Assembly (NCBI GenBank): GCA_003971905.1
Contig: RSEE01000079.1
Location: 1-64,000, forward strand
Direction: 5' to 3'
From: Moniliella sp. 'wahieum'
Lineage: Eukaryota
DNA length: 64,000 nt
In this document: positions 26,799 to 39,710 of the stretch, in pieces
Numbering within the stretch: position 1 is the stretch's first letter
Layout: every line of letters starts with the position of its first letter
Notes under the pieces: generated by a model
The model's database searches: none
Told to the model about the DNA's origin: nothing
The model's input: only the letters and a program-made list of their open reading frames with translations
Program-made: the position numbers and the translations under genes

Positions 26799-26880
26799 AG
26801 GTCCCACTGGGATTCGAACCCAGGTTTCAGGAATTCAATGAATCAGAATCCTACTTGCTAACCAACTACAATATGGAACC
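26799..26880 (-). tRNA. tRNA-Gln(CTG) with 9-nt intron
   Basis: Exons are identical to the copy at 13318-13400. The intron is ttcattgaa. A T-run terminator follows immediately. Confidence 0.95.
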
Positions 26881-27103
26881 TTGTTGATAGGTAATGAGCA
26901 GTAAATAGGAAACCTAAGTGCACCCATTGGGGTGAGCTGCATGATGAACGATGAACTAGCTGCGTTGGCTCGTTGTTGGCGGCTATGGCAAGCCCTACAG
27001 TGCTGTCGGCGGCACCAACGACTAAAAGAAAAACGGACCCGGTGCGCCGGCGTGGTCCATTGTGCAGGCATATGGCCAAGGAAGAAACAAATGGCGGTTC
27101 AGA

Positions 27104-27887
27104 TCAAGCCAAGACTTTGTTGAAAAACGCAATCGTGTTTTCCGCGGCCGACTCAAACGCCTGCTTGAGGTCGGGCCTGGAAAGGTCCGGGCGGCAAGTG
27201 AAGCCGTGGACAGTGCCAGGGTAGGTCTTCGACGCAGGGTCGAGTACGTTGTTGGCCTCAAGCGCCTTGATCCACTCGGCCTTGACCTCGGGGGTGAAGA
27301 TCGGGTCAGTCTCAGCCATGTTGAGCAGGGTAGGGACCTTGATCTCCTTGGCCTCGGGCGCCTCAAGCATGGAGGGGGTGGTTGAGCACGATGCCCTTGA
27401 CAGGACCCGTGGCACCGCCCGAAATGGCCGACAAAACGGCGAGCTTGGCCCCATAGCAGTATCCCGAGATGGCAACAGGGCCTTGCGGGGCATAGTGCTC
27501 AATCAGCTTGGTGACCAACGGGAGCGAGTTGTCCGGCCCATGGTTGTTGCCAAGCCAGCCCATGAAGACGCCAAATGCCTGGTCCAACGGCTGGGGGTCG
27601 TTGTCGCCCGTGTGCTTCTTCAAGTTGAAGCCGCTGGGGCTGATCGGATCGCCGTTAAACAGGTCGGGCACAACCACCGTGTACCCCGTCCCGGCACTGT
27701 ACTTGTCAGCCAACAGGGCCGGGTTGGGGATGGCGATGCCGAAGATGTCGGTGGCAAGGATGATGGTGCCCTTCTTGCTTCCGGATTTGATGTAGCTCTT
27801 GACCCCGGCCACCGTGTCGTAGGTGCCAGTGGGCGTTCCAGGGATCTCCTTGAGATCCAGGCAGTGCTCGCAGACCAAGTTCGACAT
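27104..27887 (-). CDS. Dienelactone hydrolase family protein (Aim2-like)
   Basis: CEHC...GTPTG, TDIFG, VVVPDLFNGD, nucleophile GYCYG, AETD, YPGTVHGF. One frameshift at ~27375. Confidence 0.9.
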
Positions 27888-28687
27888 GATAGCAGAGGCG
27901 GTGGTAGGAGAAGGGTGGGAGACGGTGAGAGGGCGTTCGGTCTTTCTTTTGTCATTCATCAGCATCACACATGAAGCATCACCCGTCGCCCTTGTAGCTT
28001 CATCGACTTATCGTTCCCAAGCCTCCCCGTTGGGGCAGAGGCGCTGAGGCGCTGAGCGGCTGAGTGCTGGCTGAAGCGCTGAAGCATGAAGCTTGCATGC
28101 ACTGAGGCACTGAGGCCCGGGGCCTGAGCGGCTCTTTGATCGGGGATCAGACGGGACTATTGCCCGTGCCCGGTACGCTCACCGGCGGTGGTTCGCCGGT
28201 TGGCCCGAAGGCGGTGGTCTGTGCGCTCCTGCAGCGGCAACTGCTATCCCCGCCCACGTCATCAACGTTTTTCACGTCAGCAGCATCCATTACCTAATTC
28301 CCCCGGAGTTAACTACGACTGGGCGGAAAACGACGCGGCACGTGACTCGTCGATTCGCCAGACGCGGGTTGTTGGTCAATGTTAATGCACGTTAATGAGA
28401 CCGACGGGGAATGATGATGCATGATGCATCGATGATCTCATCCGCTTCGAACATGGATTCTCAGACAGGGTGCTCTGCAGCGCAGCGCGTAGGACACTGG
28501 CGCTGGGCCTGGCCCGGACGCGCCCACATCCGGGGGAATGTTGATTCACCCTCTCGAGCGTGGGCCGCGAAGGTAGGCGGGCACAGGGGCAGTGCTGCAC
28601 TGCACGCCCACTATGCGCGATCCATGTTGAGTTTACCCTGTACCAGGGGGCTGTGTCGGTTGCCTGGGCCTAGATCGTACTTCTCCC

Positions 28688-30658
28688 ATGGCCAGCACAA
28701 CCAACACACACCAGCACAACCCAGTCGGTTCGGAGCCAGCAGCGCTTTTTGGCTATTCTCCACCATCTCTGCCGCTGACCTCGTGTCCACGTCCACCTCC
28801 GCCCCCCCCCTACTCGCTCTCTTCATGCCCTCCAGCCCCAAGCGCGCCCTCCTGGCGTACTCATCCTCAGGCAACCAGCCCTCCCACATCCCCCACCCGG
28901 CACAGCCAGCCCAGCAGCCCACGGGCCAAAGAGAACCAGCTCCCGGACACACCGGAAAGGTACATTGGTTCGGAGGCTCTTCTTCCCAAGGTGCTTGCTG
29001 CCGGCAAAGGGACCGCAGCCAAAGACGCGGATGAAGACGACGACCCTCGCTCGTGGCGCTCGTGGAAGGCCGGGGAGCTCCTATCACCTTGGGAAACACA
29101 GGTGCTCAACCAACCCGACGTTCGACGCAAGGCCAATGTCGCTCAACTCTACTTTCTCAACTACTACTACTTTGACTCTCTTCGTTACCTCTCATCGCGC
29201 AAGGCAAGGTCAGCCGAGTTTGAGGAGAAGCTCGAGCAGGTGCAGCCAGCAACCGGCGCCATTGAGTGAGCGGGAGAAGGCGAGCGAGCGCGCCTCGTAT
29301 TTGGGTCGCGAGCGTGCTCTTCTCCGCAAGCGCCGCACCAAGCTGCGTTTGGGCCAATTCCACATCATCACTCAGGTAGGTCAAGGTGGGTATGGGGAGG
29401 TGTTTTTGGCGCGGAAAAGGAAACGGTGAAGTTTGCGCACTCAAGAAACTCAAGAAGAAAGTGCTGGTCAAGATGGACGAGGCCCATCATGTCCTAATTG
29501 AACGTGATATTCTTACCGCTACCCCGTCTCCTTGGCTAGTTAAGCTCATGTATGCCTTTCAAGACGCCGACTTTGTCTACCTCGCCATGGAGTATGTGCC
29601 CGGTGGAGACTTCCGCACGTTGCTCAACAAGTCCGGCGTGCTGAGGGAACAACATGCTCGCTTTTATGCGGCTGAAATGTTTGTGCGGTCAACGAATTAC
29701 ACAAACTAGGCTACTTGCACCGTGACCTCAAGCCTGAAAACTTCCTTGTTGACGCCTCGGGCCACATCAAATTAACCGACTTTGGCTTGGCTGCCGGAGC
29801 ACTTGACCCAGGACGGATTGCCTCGCTTCGGGAGCGTCTGGACAGGTCAAGGAATCTGACTTTGTTTACCGCACCCCTCTCGAGCGCGGCACCTACTTCC
29901 GTGCCAACCGGCAGTACCAAGTCGAGGCAGCTAAATCCATCGTTGGCTCACCCGACTACATGGCACCTGAGGTACTACGTGCCAAGGCTACCTCAACCTA
30001 TGGCGTGGGCGCGGACTATTGGTCGTTGGGATGCATCCTCTACGAGTTCCTCTGTGGCTTCCCCCCCTTTTCTGGACGAACCCCGGACGAGACGTGGGCC
30101 AACCTTAAGAATTGGAAGCGCGTCTTGCAACGGCCAGTATACACCAAGCCTGAGGACCTTCAATTTAACTTGACTGATGTGGCGTGGGACGCCATTACAA
30201 AGTATGTTTGTCCTGGGTTGTGCTTGGATGGGATGGGATGGGATGAGTTGAGATGACTGACAATGTCTGGCGTTTATTCTAGGCTGATTCAGGCACCTGA
30301 ATCGCGGTACCAGTCCTTGTCGGAGGTGAGCGGGCACCCATTTTTCACACCTTTATCATTCCACAACTTGCGTGAACGTTCCCCCCTACGTCCCCCAACT
30401 TGAGTCCGAGGTGGACACGGCGCATTTCGACGACTTTGACAATCCCGAGGACATGGCCAAGTACAAAGAGGTCAAGGATAAGCAGCAGCGCGTCGAAGCG
30501 GTCCAAGAGAAGGAATCACTGCCCAGGATCGCCGCTTAGACCGCGGCCTCTGGGTTGGGTTTACCTTTGGGAAGAACGGCGTGGGTGCCAATGCTCGCCT
30601 GTCCAACACGGCCGGGGGCGACATGAACGCACAAGATGCGTTTGCGACCATGTTTTAA
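28688..30658 (+). CDS. DBF2: NDR/AGC Ser/Thr kinase, Dbf2/Sid2 type
   Basis: [70 protein letters not shown]-terminal WVGFTF...FATMF. Intron 30202-30282; frameshifts. Confidence 0.92.
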
Positions 30659-32736
30659 AGCTCGCTGCGTGGCTCTATGTGAACTACTGTCTTCTGATTT
30701 CTTTCTTGTCTTGTATCTCTCCCGCGCTATAATCGCAAACCTTCCGTCGATCAATTCTCTTCGCTTTCCACACTGGGAACGGTTTGGTGCATATGTGTGG
30801 CGTTCCGGTGCTTCTTCGTCCATAACATTTGGCACTCTCGTGCCAAGGCATATAAAAGGTACTGAAGTTCCGCGATATGTCTCAACACAATAGCTGTCTC
30901 TAAGTATGCCTTTACCGGAGTTACTCCCACGCGACCAAGATGGCTAGTGACGGGGTGGCTGGCTTCCCCGGCGGAGACCTTCCCAGCCCCGGAGACAAGA
31001 CTCACGGAGGACTGAACGCGTTTCAGATCCAAAGTCCAAGGCTCACTGGCGTGAACGTAGGAGGGTCGTGAGTGATTCTTTGCTGTGCGTCGAAAGCCTG
31101 AGCAGCGGTCTGCGAGCAGCGGTTGCGTGTGTGGGCTGGACGCGAAACAGTGGGGAGCTCCGATGGCGGAGGGAGGGTGAGCGAGCTGATCGAAAGGTGT
31201 TTCTTCTAGAAGTGGGGTGCCTAGAAGAGGTGAAGGAAAGAATGGTCGCGGCTTGTGCCATCATCATTGGATCTAATAACAAGCAGGTTTTATATAAGAA
31301 CGAAGGGGAACAAGGGGAAACCAAGAGGTCTACAGTGCAAAAGGGGAAACGAGTCAAAGGGAAGAGGGGACCATGCGCGAGAGGGCCAAGGCGACTGACG
31401 AGGCGGGGGTCAAGGACAAAGTGGATCCGAAGTGAGAAACGAGGCGAGAAACCGGTCGAAACAAAGCGTGGTCTTGGATTTTAGACGGCGCGAGAAGGAG
31501 AAACGATCATGTTGTGGGTTTTGTAGATTCGAAGAATCCGAGTCACTAGCGAAAGAAGCCGAGAAGCGATAGCGACGACAATAAGGAAGTGGAGGCTGCT
31601 GTGCAAGGCGGCTCAGTCGTCGCCCCGTGACACTGCGCATGCACCGTCCTGGGCCGTAGTAACGTGTCTGAAGTCTCTGGGGCTTAGGAAGGGAAGGAGG
31701 GAGTGGAGGACAACACTGCCAGAGCTAGGACTGAACAAGGCTGCCGACGTGGCTGGAAAAGAACCCACGCGATGAGCTATCTGCGGACTCGACGCGGCTG
31801 AAGGAAGACTCGCGCGACGGTGGACGGATGGAGCTGAAGGACGAGGTCGGAAGAGGAGGTGGGAGCTAAGTGGAAAGGAGGTTGTCTGTACTGAATCAAT
31901 TGCCTGGAAACAGGCAGGAGTTGGACAGGAAAGGCGCGCGAAGAGATGAGAATGGAAGCTGGGGAAAGGATCCCAGCAACAGGGGTACAGGCTATACTTA
32001 AAGGGAAAACGGACGCAATAATGGTGTAGAAAGGAAGACGTGTCGAAAGCGGGATAATCGATGCAGGTGCAATATGGAACACAAGATACAGTAAGTGGTG
32101 ACGCCAGTGACGGGCTACAGTCGTCGCAAAGATACCGGAAACTTGGGTGCCTCATTAAGGCCAACCGAGACTTCGAATCGAGCGGGTTATGCATCATGTC
32201 GCACGGACGCATGGCCATTAGAGCCACCGTACAAGGTTTAACCAACCATCATCAAACTTGTTGGTTTACTTTGGAGTGCACTCTACCGATGAGCATGTGC
32301 AGAGCAGGCGGGCCTTAGCTTGGATCACAGATCATCTTGGATCTACCGCGGCTCGTAACATGTAGGGCCCTCGTTGAAGCGCCCCTCTAGGAAGTAAAAG
32401 GCGTGCGACCATGAAGCTTGAAGGGAGAATGTCACAACGATAACGCGCGAGACGCCCAGATCGGGCGACTGACGTTCAGTTTCGGCAATTCAACGTAGAG
32501 CTCACTTAGGTTCAACTACTAGTAGACCAAAGTTACTAGTTACCAAAGACCAAATATTTGAAGTAGAATAAAATCAGTAGGGACTCCAAGCTCACGCACA
32601 GATCTCCCCAGCCGTACGGAAGGGACTCGATCGCTTTATTGGTCTCACAGGTCGAAAGACGAACATGCTCTGTTTAGGCGCAACGGAGTATAGATAGGTT
32701 GTTTAGGCGAGCCATGCACTGGTCAGCATTGGCCAG

Positions 32737-32764
32737 TGACTAGTGACTAGTGACTAGTGACTAG
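32737..32764. repeat. 7-bp lattice array (TGA-CTAG)x4
   Basis: Directly visible. Confidence 0.9.
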
Positions 32765-33139
32765 GGACCCGTAACACCGAGGGTCTGGCTAGCCACTATC
32801 GGACTGGGTTGGATTGGGAGTGAACTCTGGGATCGTGGTTAGGGAGGCGAGGGGAGCGCATCCTCGCTCCGTCGGCTTGTCAGCCTGTCTTCGTCGTCTC
32901 CGCGTGACAGAAAAGCAGACTGGTCGAGCACATCTGCGCAAGCAAACGCCTGGCGCCATGACCAAATGGCCTATAGGGCACCCAACGAACCGACCAGTTG
33001 CGGGCAGGACGTTAGCCGATGTTGGGACGCCACTGTTGTCGTGGATGGGCGAGCGTGATAAGGTCCATATACTTGTAGGTGCATAGGACACAAGGATTAG
33101 GCTTGATGTATAAAACTTGCTGAAGCACCTATTAGTTTA

Positions 33140-33236
33140 GGAGCGTCGTGGCGAGATAGTAAAAACATTCTGGCAGCCTTTCGGGGCTGGGGTTCGATTC
33201 CCTTGATCACTTTGATCTCTCGTCAATTTTTTTTTT
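33140..33236 (+). ncRNA. Putative Pol III (type 2 promoter) small non-tRNA RNA, ~90 nt
   Basis: TATAAAA at 33109-33115; A-box-like TGGCGAGATAG at 33149-33159; perfect B box GGTTCGATTCC at 33191-33201; T10 terminator at 33227-33236. Hairpin CAGCCT-TTCG-GGGCTG and a terminal stem are present. No cloverleaf can be built. Confidence 0.55.
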
Positions 33237-33316
33237 GGCAGCTTGAGTGGACATCTCAGCAATCTCAGCACCGTTGAGATGCGTTTTATTAAAGTTTTAA
33301 CAATGGTGAGTGACGA

Positions 33317-33350
33317 CCCCGTTCCGCCCCGTTCCGCCCCGTTCCGCCCC
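33317..33350. repeat. 10-bp tandem repeat (CCCCGTTCCG)x3
   Basis: Directly visible. Confidence 0.85.
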
Positions 33351-33522
33351 TGGTGACCCCCCCTGGTGCGCCTCTGGGGTGCCTTCCCCTGATTGCATCC
33401 CCACCATCATCCCCTCCCCTGCCATGCTCGCTTCCACCAACAATGTCCTGGCCTCAGGGCCTCAGGCATTGATATTGATGAGGAACTGAGTACTGATAGA
33501 TGACGCATGTGATGGATGCCGA

Positions 33523-33550
33523 TGATCGATGATGCATGATGCATGATGCA
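33523..33550. repeat. 7-bp lattice array TGA-TCGA-(TGA-TGCA)x3
   Basis: Directly visible. The spacer switches in phase. Confidence 0.85.
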
Positions 33551-36500
33551 TCCTGAGCGCCTGAGCTTGAGCCTGGGGCCAGCGTGCAATCGGTGATGGG
33601 TTGCCTGCAATTTCAAACCATTGACCGGCCAGCGCTCAGCAAGTCCGACAAATTTGGGTTTAGCTCCAAAACAGGGGGTGCCACGTGTTCTGTACGTGGA
33701 TCTGCTCTGCTGTGAACACATGAATCACATGCTCCCTGCCACCTGTTGGTATTCGCGAGTACGCGTGATGCATGGTGTGCATTTTGTGAGCATGTGATAT
33801 GGGGCGGATGTGTGACATGTGACGTGCCGCGTGTGCCACATGCGAGGGCGGACCAAGCTTGTTCGGGTGGTGGCAAGCTTTGCACCACACAGGCCCCGTC
33901 TCGGACCCCCGATCTCAGATCCTCAGACCGATCCCATCGGTGATCCATCTTCCGTCTCACACCGGCTCACCCATCTCACCGCGACCCCCCGACGCTCCCG
34001 ATCCCGCATCCGCCCCCACCAGTGCCCCAGCGCCGGAGCAGTTAGCGCCTTAAGCGCCCGCTCAGGGAAGCGCCACTGTCAAGCGCCCTGGTCGCCCTCC
34101 TCGCTCGCCTTCACGTGCGTCACGGCTGCAAGCTTCGCCCGTTGCTTGCGTTGTTTTTGCGTGTAGGGCCCGGGGCCTGGCCCCACCCACACCGTCCATC
34201 CGTGGGCTCAGAGCTCAGAATCTCAGAAGCTTTCGACCATTGGATGACTGGATTGAATATCGGCTTTTTCGAGTATCGAACATCATGCATCAACGTTCAA
34301 CGTACTCAACCATCGCCCATCGCCGAGATTGACAATCGATCTGCGCCCTTTTGCGCCACCGGCCCATCGACTGCCATCAGGAGCGCCCTGTAGCGCCTTT
34401 CCCGGCACGCCCCGTCCAATCGTTACGCGCTACATGTTGATGCTGCCTGTTCCATAGCAAGATTGTTGGACACGTTGACACTGAAGCGCTGAAGCTTGAA
34501 GCTCGAAGCACAGGCAGAGGAGTGGCCCTGTGGGCTGCAGCAGGCCGCAGCTCGCCGCACCCTTGAATCTTCGCCAGATATACTTGCCGTACTCATGAAG
34601 GACCTCATCTGAAGCTTAAGCTTTTTGTCAGCCACGCCGGCCTCGGTAACGTGGTTGCCGGTTGCAACTGTTTTTGCCCTCGGTGTGCCCTGTGCCCTCG
34701 GTGGTTTTTGCTCCATCTTTTTATAGGTAGACTGCTCCTCAAAGCTTAATCCTCCATTGCAGCAGTATAACCCAGTACTCTTCAAGCTTCACTACTGAGT
34801 TGAATCGTTGAGATCTGAGAACTCCACGTTGCCGGTTCTCAGATCTTAGTCTCTTCCTGTCCCTCCTGAGCTTAGCCTCAGGCCTTAGGCTCAGATCCTT
34901 AGACATGAGATCTCAGATTCACAGCACGTTCAACGTTCAACGTACAACGTTCATTGGGATTACGTTCATTAAGCTCAACGTTCAGACGCTCAGTATGTTC
35001 AGCACTACATTCACACCCCCGTTCACATGTTCACACGTTTACCCAGGTGAACTTTGGCTTTGGGCTTGGAGTCAGTGCAGCCAGTGCAGCCAGAGCATCT
35101 GTTCGCTGAACCTCTTAGCACGTCTCAGTGCTGAGCATATGCCGTGCCATGCGAACGCTACGTCGGAGCCACCCTGCGGTTCCTTTTGGCTTTTTGCTGT
35201 CCCGGTCATCGACATCTGAGAATCTGACTGACTTACTGGTACTAAACGTTCAACTTCAACTGAGTACTGACTAGACTGGAGATATGAGAGCTGTGGATCT
35301 GGGTCCAACTCAAGTCACTAGCGAAGTCACTCGTCAGCGTCACTCGACGCTTGTGCCTCCCTTCAATAAACTTGACGCGTTGGCTGTCATCCATACACAC
35401 CGTTTACACTCTGCCCCAGCGCCGTGGTGCCCAGCGCGACGCTTTCAATCCCACGTCCAGCCCACTGCCCAGCATCGCCTTTCCCTATTGCATTGCATTG
35501 CATTGCATTGCTAGGTGCTTTGGGTTGCTTTACTGATTTGCTATGTGCTTTGGCTTTGCTGTTGCTGATGCTTTTGCTTTTTGCTTCGCAGTGCTTCGCC
35601 TTGCTGTAGTTTGTTTCGCTTCCGTCCTATTCGAGCCTGCCCGCAGCCGATGCCATCTGTGTCATACCTGGCCTAGTGCCCCCCAAAACATGTACCCCCC
35701 ATATCCTGGCACACTTGTCCGCATCCACCCACTGATAGGCATACTAGTATATCGATGCTTGATCTCAAGTCTCACAGGCTTCACTGTTCCTTCCTTCTAC
35801 TTGTGCCTAGTCCATCGGCCGACAGACTTCCTCCAAGCGGACCTCCTCCCAGACCCAAATCCCATCCATCACCTGAGGCTTGCCCTTGCCCTTGTGATTT
35901 GAGTTTTTGTGCCAGTGCCGTGTTTGGTCTGTTGCCCCTCTCCACTTATTGTCGTTCCCGCATCCTCCGTTCCCCCCGCTCTTTGAGCCGCCCCGCCTAC
36001 CCCCGCTGCGCCTTCCTCTTCACTGCCACATCATCGCAGTTACCCCCCCCCCCCCCCCCCCTCTTGTGCTTACTGCTTAGGCAGAGCCATCACCAAACTC
36101 CAAGGCCTACTTTTGGCTGTGCTCACGCGCTCACGAGTGTTCCCAGTCGCTATTCTTTTTCGACCACATCATCACTTCGCACGTGGTCTGCACATTCCGG
36201 CCCCTCTCCTTGCACCTCCCGCCCCTCACATACTCTCGGCAGGATAGAGGCTAAAGCCAACTGGGGCTCTTTTTGTGGAGTTTTATTTCTGCCCCCCAGA
36301 CCCAGTATTACGCGACACTTGTGGGTTTGACTTCCACCACGCGTGCCACCATTTCCACATACCCCATCACACCTCCACCGCGCACAGCCCGCCCTCGCCT
36401 TCCCTTTTGCCTTGCGCAATCTTACTGCTGTGGCCTTTGTTGGCGTTGCGGCCCACTCTTCTTCTCAGCCATCTGGACGAGACGACATGAACCTGCTGGC

Positions 36501-36780
36501 ACCAGCTTGCCTCTCACACCCACTCCCGTCCCGCCTCCCGCCTTGCCTCGCTTCCCACACCCGTCGGCGCTAAGTTCTGCTCGTCGGCCCCGTCTTTCAT
36601 CGGCCCCGTCTTTCTATTCTCCCGACTACTTATCCTAGACGAGCCCCCCGCGCCTGCGGCACGACTGACCAACCGGCAGACAACCCCCCTGAGACGACCA
36701 CACATTGATCGCAGGGTTCGTCCTGCCGTAGGGAAGACATCGCCCCTCCTCCCTTTTCCGTTTTTGCTCCTTTTCTCTCC

Positions 36781-38947
36781 ATGTCCCAACCTCCGAATCG
36801 CCTTGACCGTCGCATGTCGGATGATGGCAACACTCATGATCTAACGCCTCTTCCTTCCCACACGACCCCTGCGCTGCCTCTTCTGCCCGCCCCGCTCACG
36901 GCCGGCCCGGTGCGGGTCCAGCGCCGTTGCAACCTCCTCCTTTGTCGGCCCCGCCAGGTCCCAACCCTCATAGGGCCTCCATGGTTCGCAGCGCATGGGA
37001 AGGATATGTGTCAACAACCTTGGATGCGCTCTTGTTGCTCGAAGCAGCGCGTCGAGGACTTGTGCCCCTCATCCAGCGACGTTTGCGGGATGATGAGCGT
37101 CGCTCGCTTATCCGATCCGGACAGGTATTCATCTTTAATGAGCATCAGACAGGCATCAAGCGGTGGACCGATGGCCTGCTCTGGAGCCCGAGTCGGATCC
37201 TCCAGAACTTTCTCGTGTGTCGATTTCCCTTCAGATCATCCTGCGACCAAGGTTCAAGGCCCTACGTTGTCCACACTTTGACACGAGCTAACCCCCCTTC
37301 CCCCCCCCCTGCCCCTCCTTCGTTCCAGGTGTACCGCCAGATTGAACGCAGACCTTCTTCACCCATCGTTGGTCGTCTTCCTGAACCTTCTGCTCCGCCT
37401 ACTTCCTACCTGCCTCCTGGGAGGTCCGAACCCTCCTCGTCCCGAGTGAATCGACTGACAAGAAGACGATCGACCTACACCATGGCCCGTCCAGATCCTA
37501 GCACACCTGTACGGACCCATCCAAGTGTCCTGGCCCCCCAAAGCGGGCCTGCGCTCCTCTCTCCCACCGAGGGTACGTTGCGAAGAGACACAACAGAAAT
37601 GATGCACCCCACTCCTATAACTCCTGGATGATGGAACAAGATGGCCCGTGGCGCGAGCGAACGGGAAGCCTCGATTCAAGTCTTGACCGCCTCACTCCAC
37701 GCCTGACCCGCGCTTCATCGGCCCCGCGACGACGGGAACCAACGTCCCGGGCCATGGCCTATGTCACGGCCACTTCCCCGTTGTGGAACAGGGCCTGTGC
37801 AAAAAAGTACGCTGTTCTCCTTCTCCAGATAATGTATCATAGCGAGCACATGTGCGCTCCGGACCCCCCCCCCCCTTCAGGCCTAACTTCCACCTACCGC
37901 TTTGGCAGACCATCTCTATCGAAACGGCTCAAGGGACCTGTCATCTCGTTCGTACTACACAATGGAGGATGTTTGGGCAATCGTCTCCGTGTGCCTTCCG
38001 AGACGTCGCTTCGTACGCTGCCACTCTCTCCGGATCTGCTGCAGCCCCTGTCCAAATTTCGAGTGCCGCCACAAACCCGTGCTGACGATGGCACCCCACG
38101 TACGTGAGCGAGCCCGACGTGGGCCACATCCCGGCCTCGTTTCTCGAGGCGCAGACCCGCTTTTGCCCCGTCGTTCACCTCCCTTTCCTCTCCACCACAT
38201 CGACTCCTACCCTGGCCCCACAGTCTCATGGCGCCCTCTCTTCCCGTGGTCCGGAACATGGCTTCCCTGTCCCCTCTGCCGCCCCCACCCTCGGCCCAGA
38301 CCAGCGAGGCTTATCTTGCCCCTCTACCGCATCCCATGCAATCTCTAGCGGTGCCAGTTTGCCTCTTGCTTACCCGTCCTCCACGAGTGCGGGGATGGAG
38401 GTGTACCCCTCTGGTTTGACCTATGCCCCGCCCAACACACTGGTCCCTGCCTCAGGCATAGTCCCCCCGACCCTGTTTATCGCCCCTCAGTGCTTGATCC
38501 GGCTTTTCGGACCGTCCTCTGGCTCACCCTATGGTCCCTATGCGCCTCCTCCCCATGCTTCCGACACTTCCCTCCCCCCTTCCCTCCCAAACCGCTTCTG
38601 GTCCCCACACCAGACTTGGGTGCCCCTTCGCTCCCAGCCCCCTACCGCCCCCTCCTGGGTCCCCGACACGTACATCAACACAGCCACTTGACCAGCTTCA
38701 TCTCCTTGGTCCTCACCAACCGTCTTCCTCCGTTTGGTCGCCCCTCATGCTTCTGCTTCTCACCCCCCCCGCCTATGCCTTTCTCTCGTGCTATCCCCTC
38801 GGTCCCCTCGGCTCTCTTGGCCCCCTTGGCCCCCTTGACCCCCTTGGCCCCTTGGCGCCAGTTCCGGGGACGGCAGAGGTCTACCCCTCTTGGCGCACCA
38901 ACACATCAGCCTCCCAACCGGAGCCACCGGGGGAAAAGTTGGATTAG
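36781..38947 (+). CDS. Gti1/Pac2 (WOPR-domain) transcription factor; 3' end uncertain
   Basis: WOPRa: WEGYVSTTLDALLLLEA...IRSGQVFIFNEHQTGIKRWTDGLLWSPSRILQNFL|VYRQ. WOPRb: GLCKK|TISI...HLVSYY. Introns 37215-37328 and 37807-37908. Confidence 0.88.
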
Positions 38948-39710
38948 GCTAGAGACGCAAGCACGAAAACCAGCGATTCGACCCTCTGGGACTGCAGTGG
39001 GCCGCGAAATATCTTGATCAAAAGCCCCCCTTCCTATCCTTTCATTTCCTTCCTCCCATCCCCTCCTACCTATTCCCTCCCGACCGATCCCCTTGTACCT
39101 CCCCTGGACGCGTTGGGGTGAGCCAGTGTTGTGTTCTCTAGGATCTAAGCATTTTCTTTCGCCTCCCACCTCCCGCCCCCCGATTGGGGTTCTTTCTCTC
39201 TCCCGCTTGCTCTCTCTCGCTCTTGCTCTATCCCGTTTGCTCTATCCTACTTTGTTCTCCTACCTCTTCTCTCCCCCGGTTTTCTCTCCCCTTGTTTTCT
39301 CCCATTTGCTTTCTCGCTGGGCGAGAGAGGCACAGCTGGGTTGGTCTATAACTGCCGTCCCACATGGCCATGTGCCTCACAGTGTACCTCACGGCATGTC
39401 ACGCAGTCTTTCTGATGGATCGTGATGAGCTATCGAGCTCCGCTTTCCCTCTTCTCTCTCACTCTGTTGAACTTGGCCTTTCGCTTTCGCCCAGGCTCTA
39501 ATCCCGGTAAAGTACAGGTCCACTTTGAGCTCTTCCAAAGTTGAGCGTTGGCATAATGCATCATTGCCCACCAGGCCACACGCAAACAACACAGTCAAAA
39601 GAAAAGGCGAACCTGAGAAGCAAATAGGGCCTCGTCACTGGTACTGATTACACTGAATTGACGACCTCCTACCCTGCCCTCCCCCCCTCCCCCGGAGCGC
39701 GCTTTGGTCG

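Noticed and set aside
13747..27887. Secondary-metabolite gene cluster (lipase, protease, oxidase, hydrolase)
   Set aside because: There is no PKS, NRPS, terpene synthase or glycosyltransferase backbone, and HEM14 is housekeeping.
33140..33236. tRNA-Sec or another long-variable-arm tRNA (Ser/Leu)
   Set aside because: A hairpin plus T-arm is present, but there is no anticodon arm, no TCA anticodon loop and no acceptor stem pairing.
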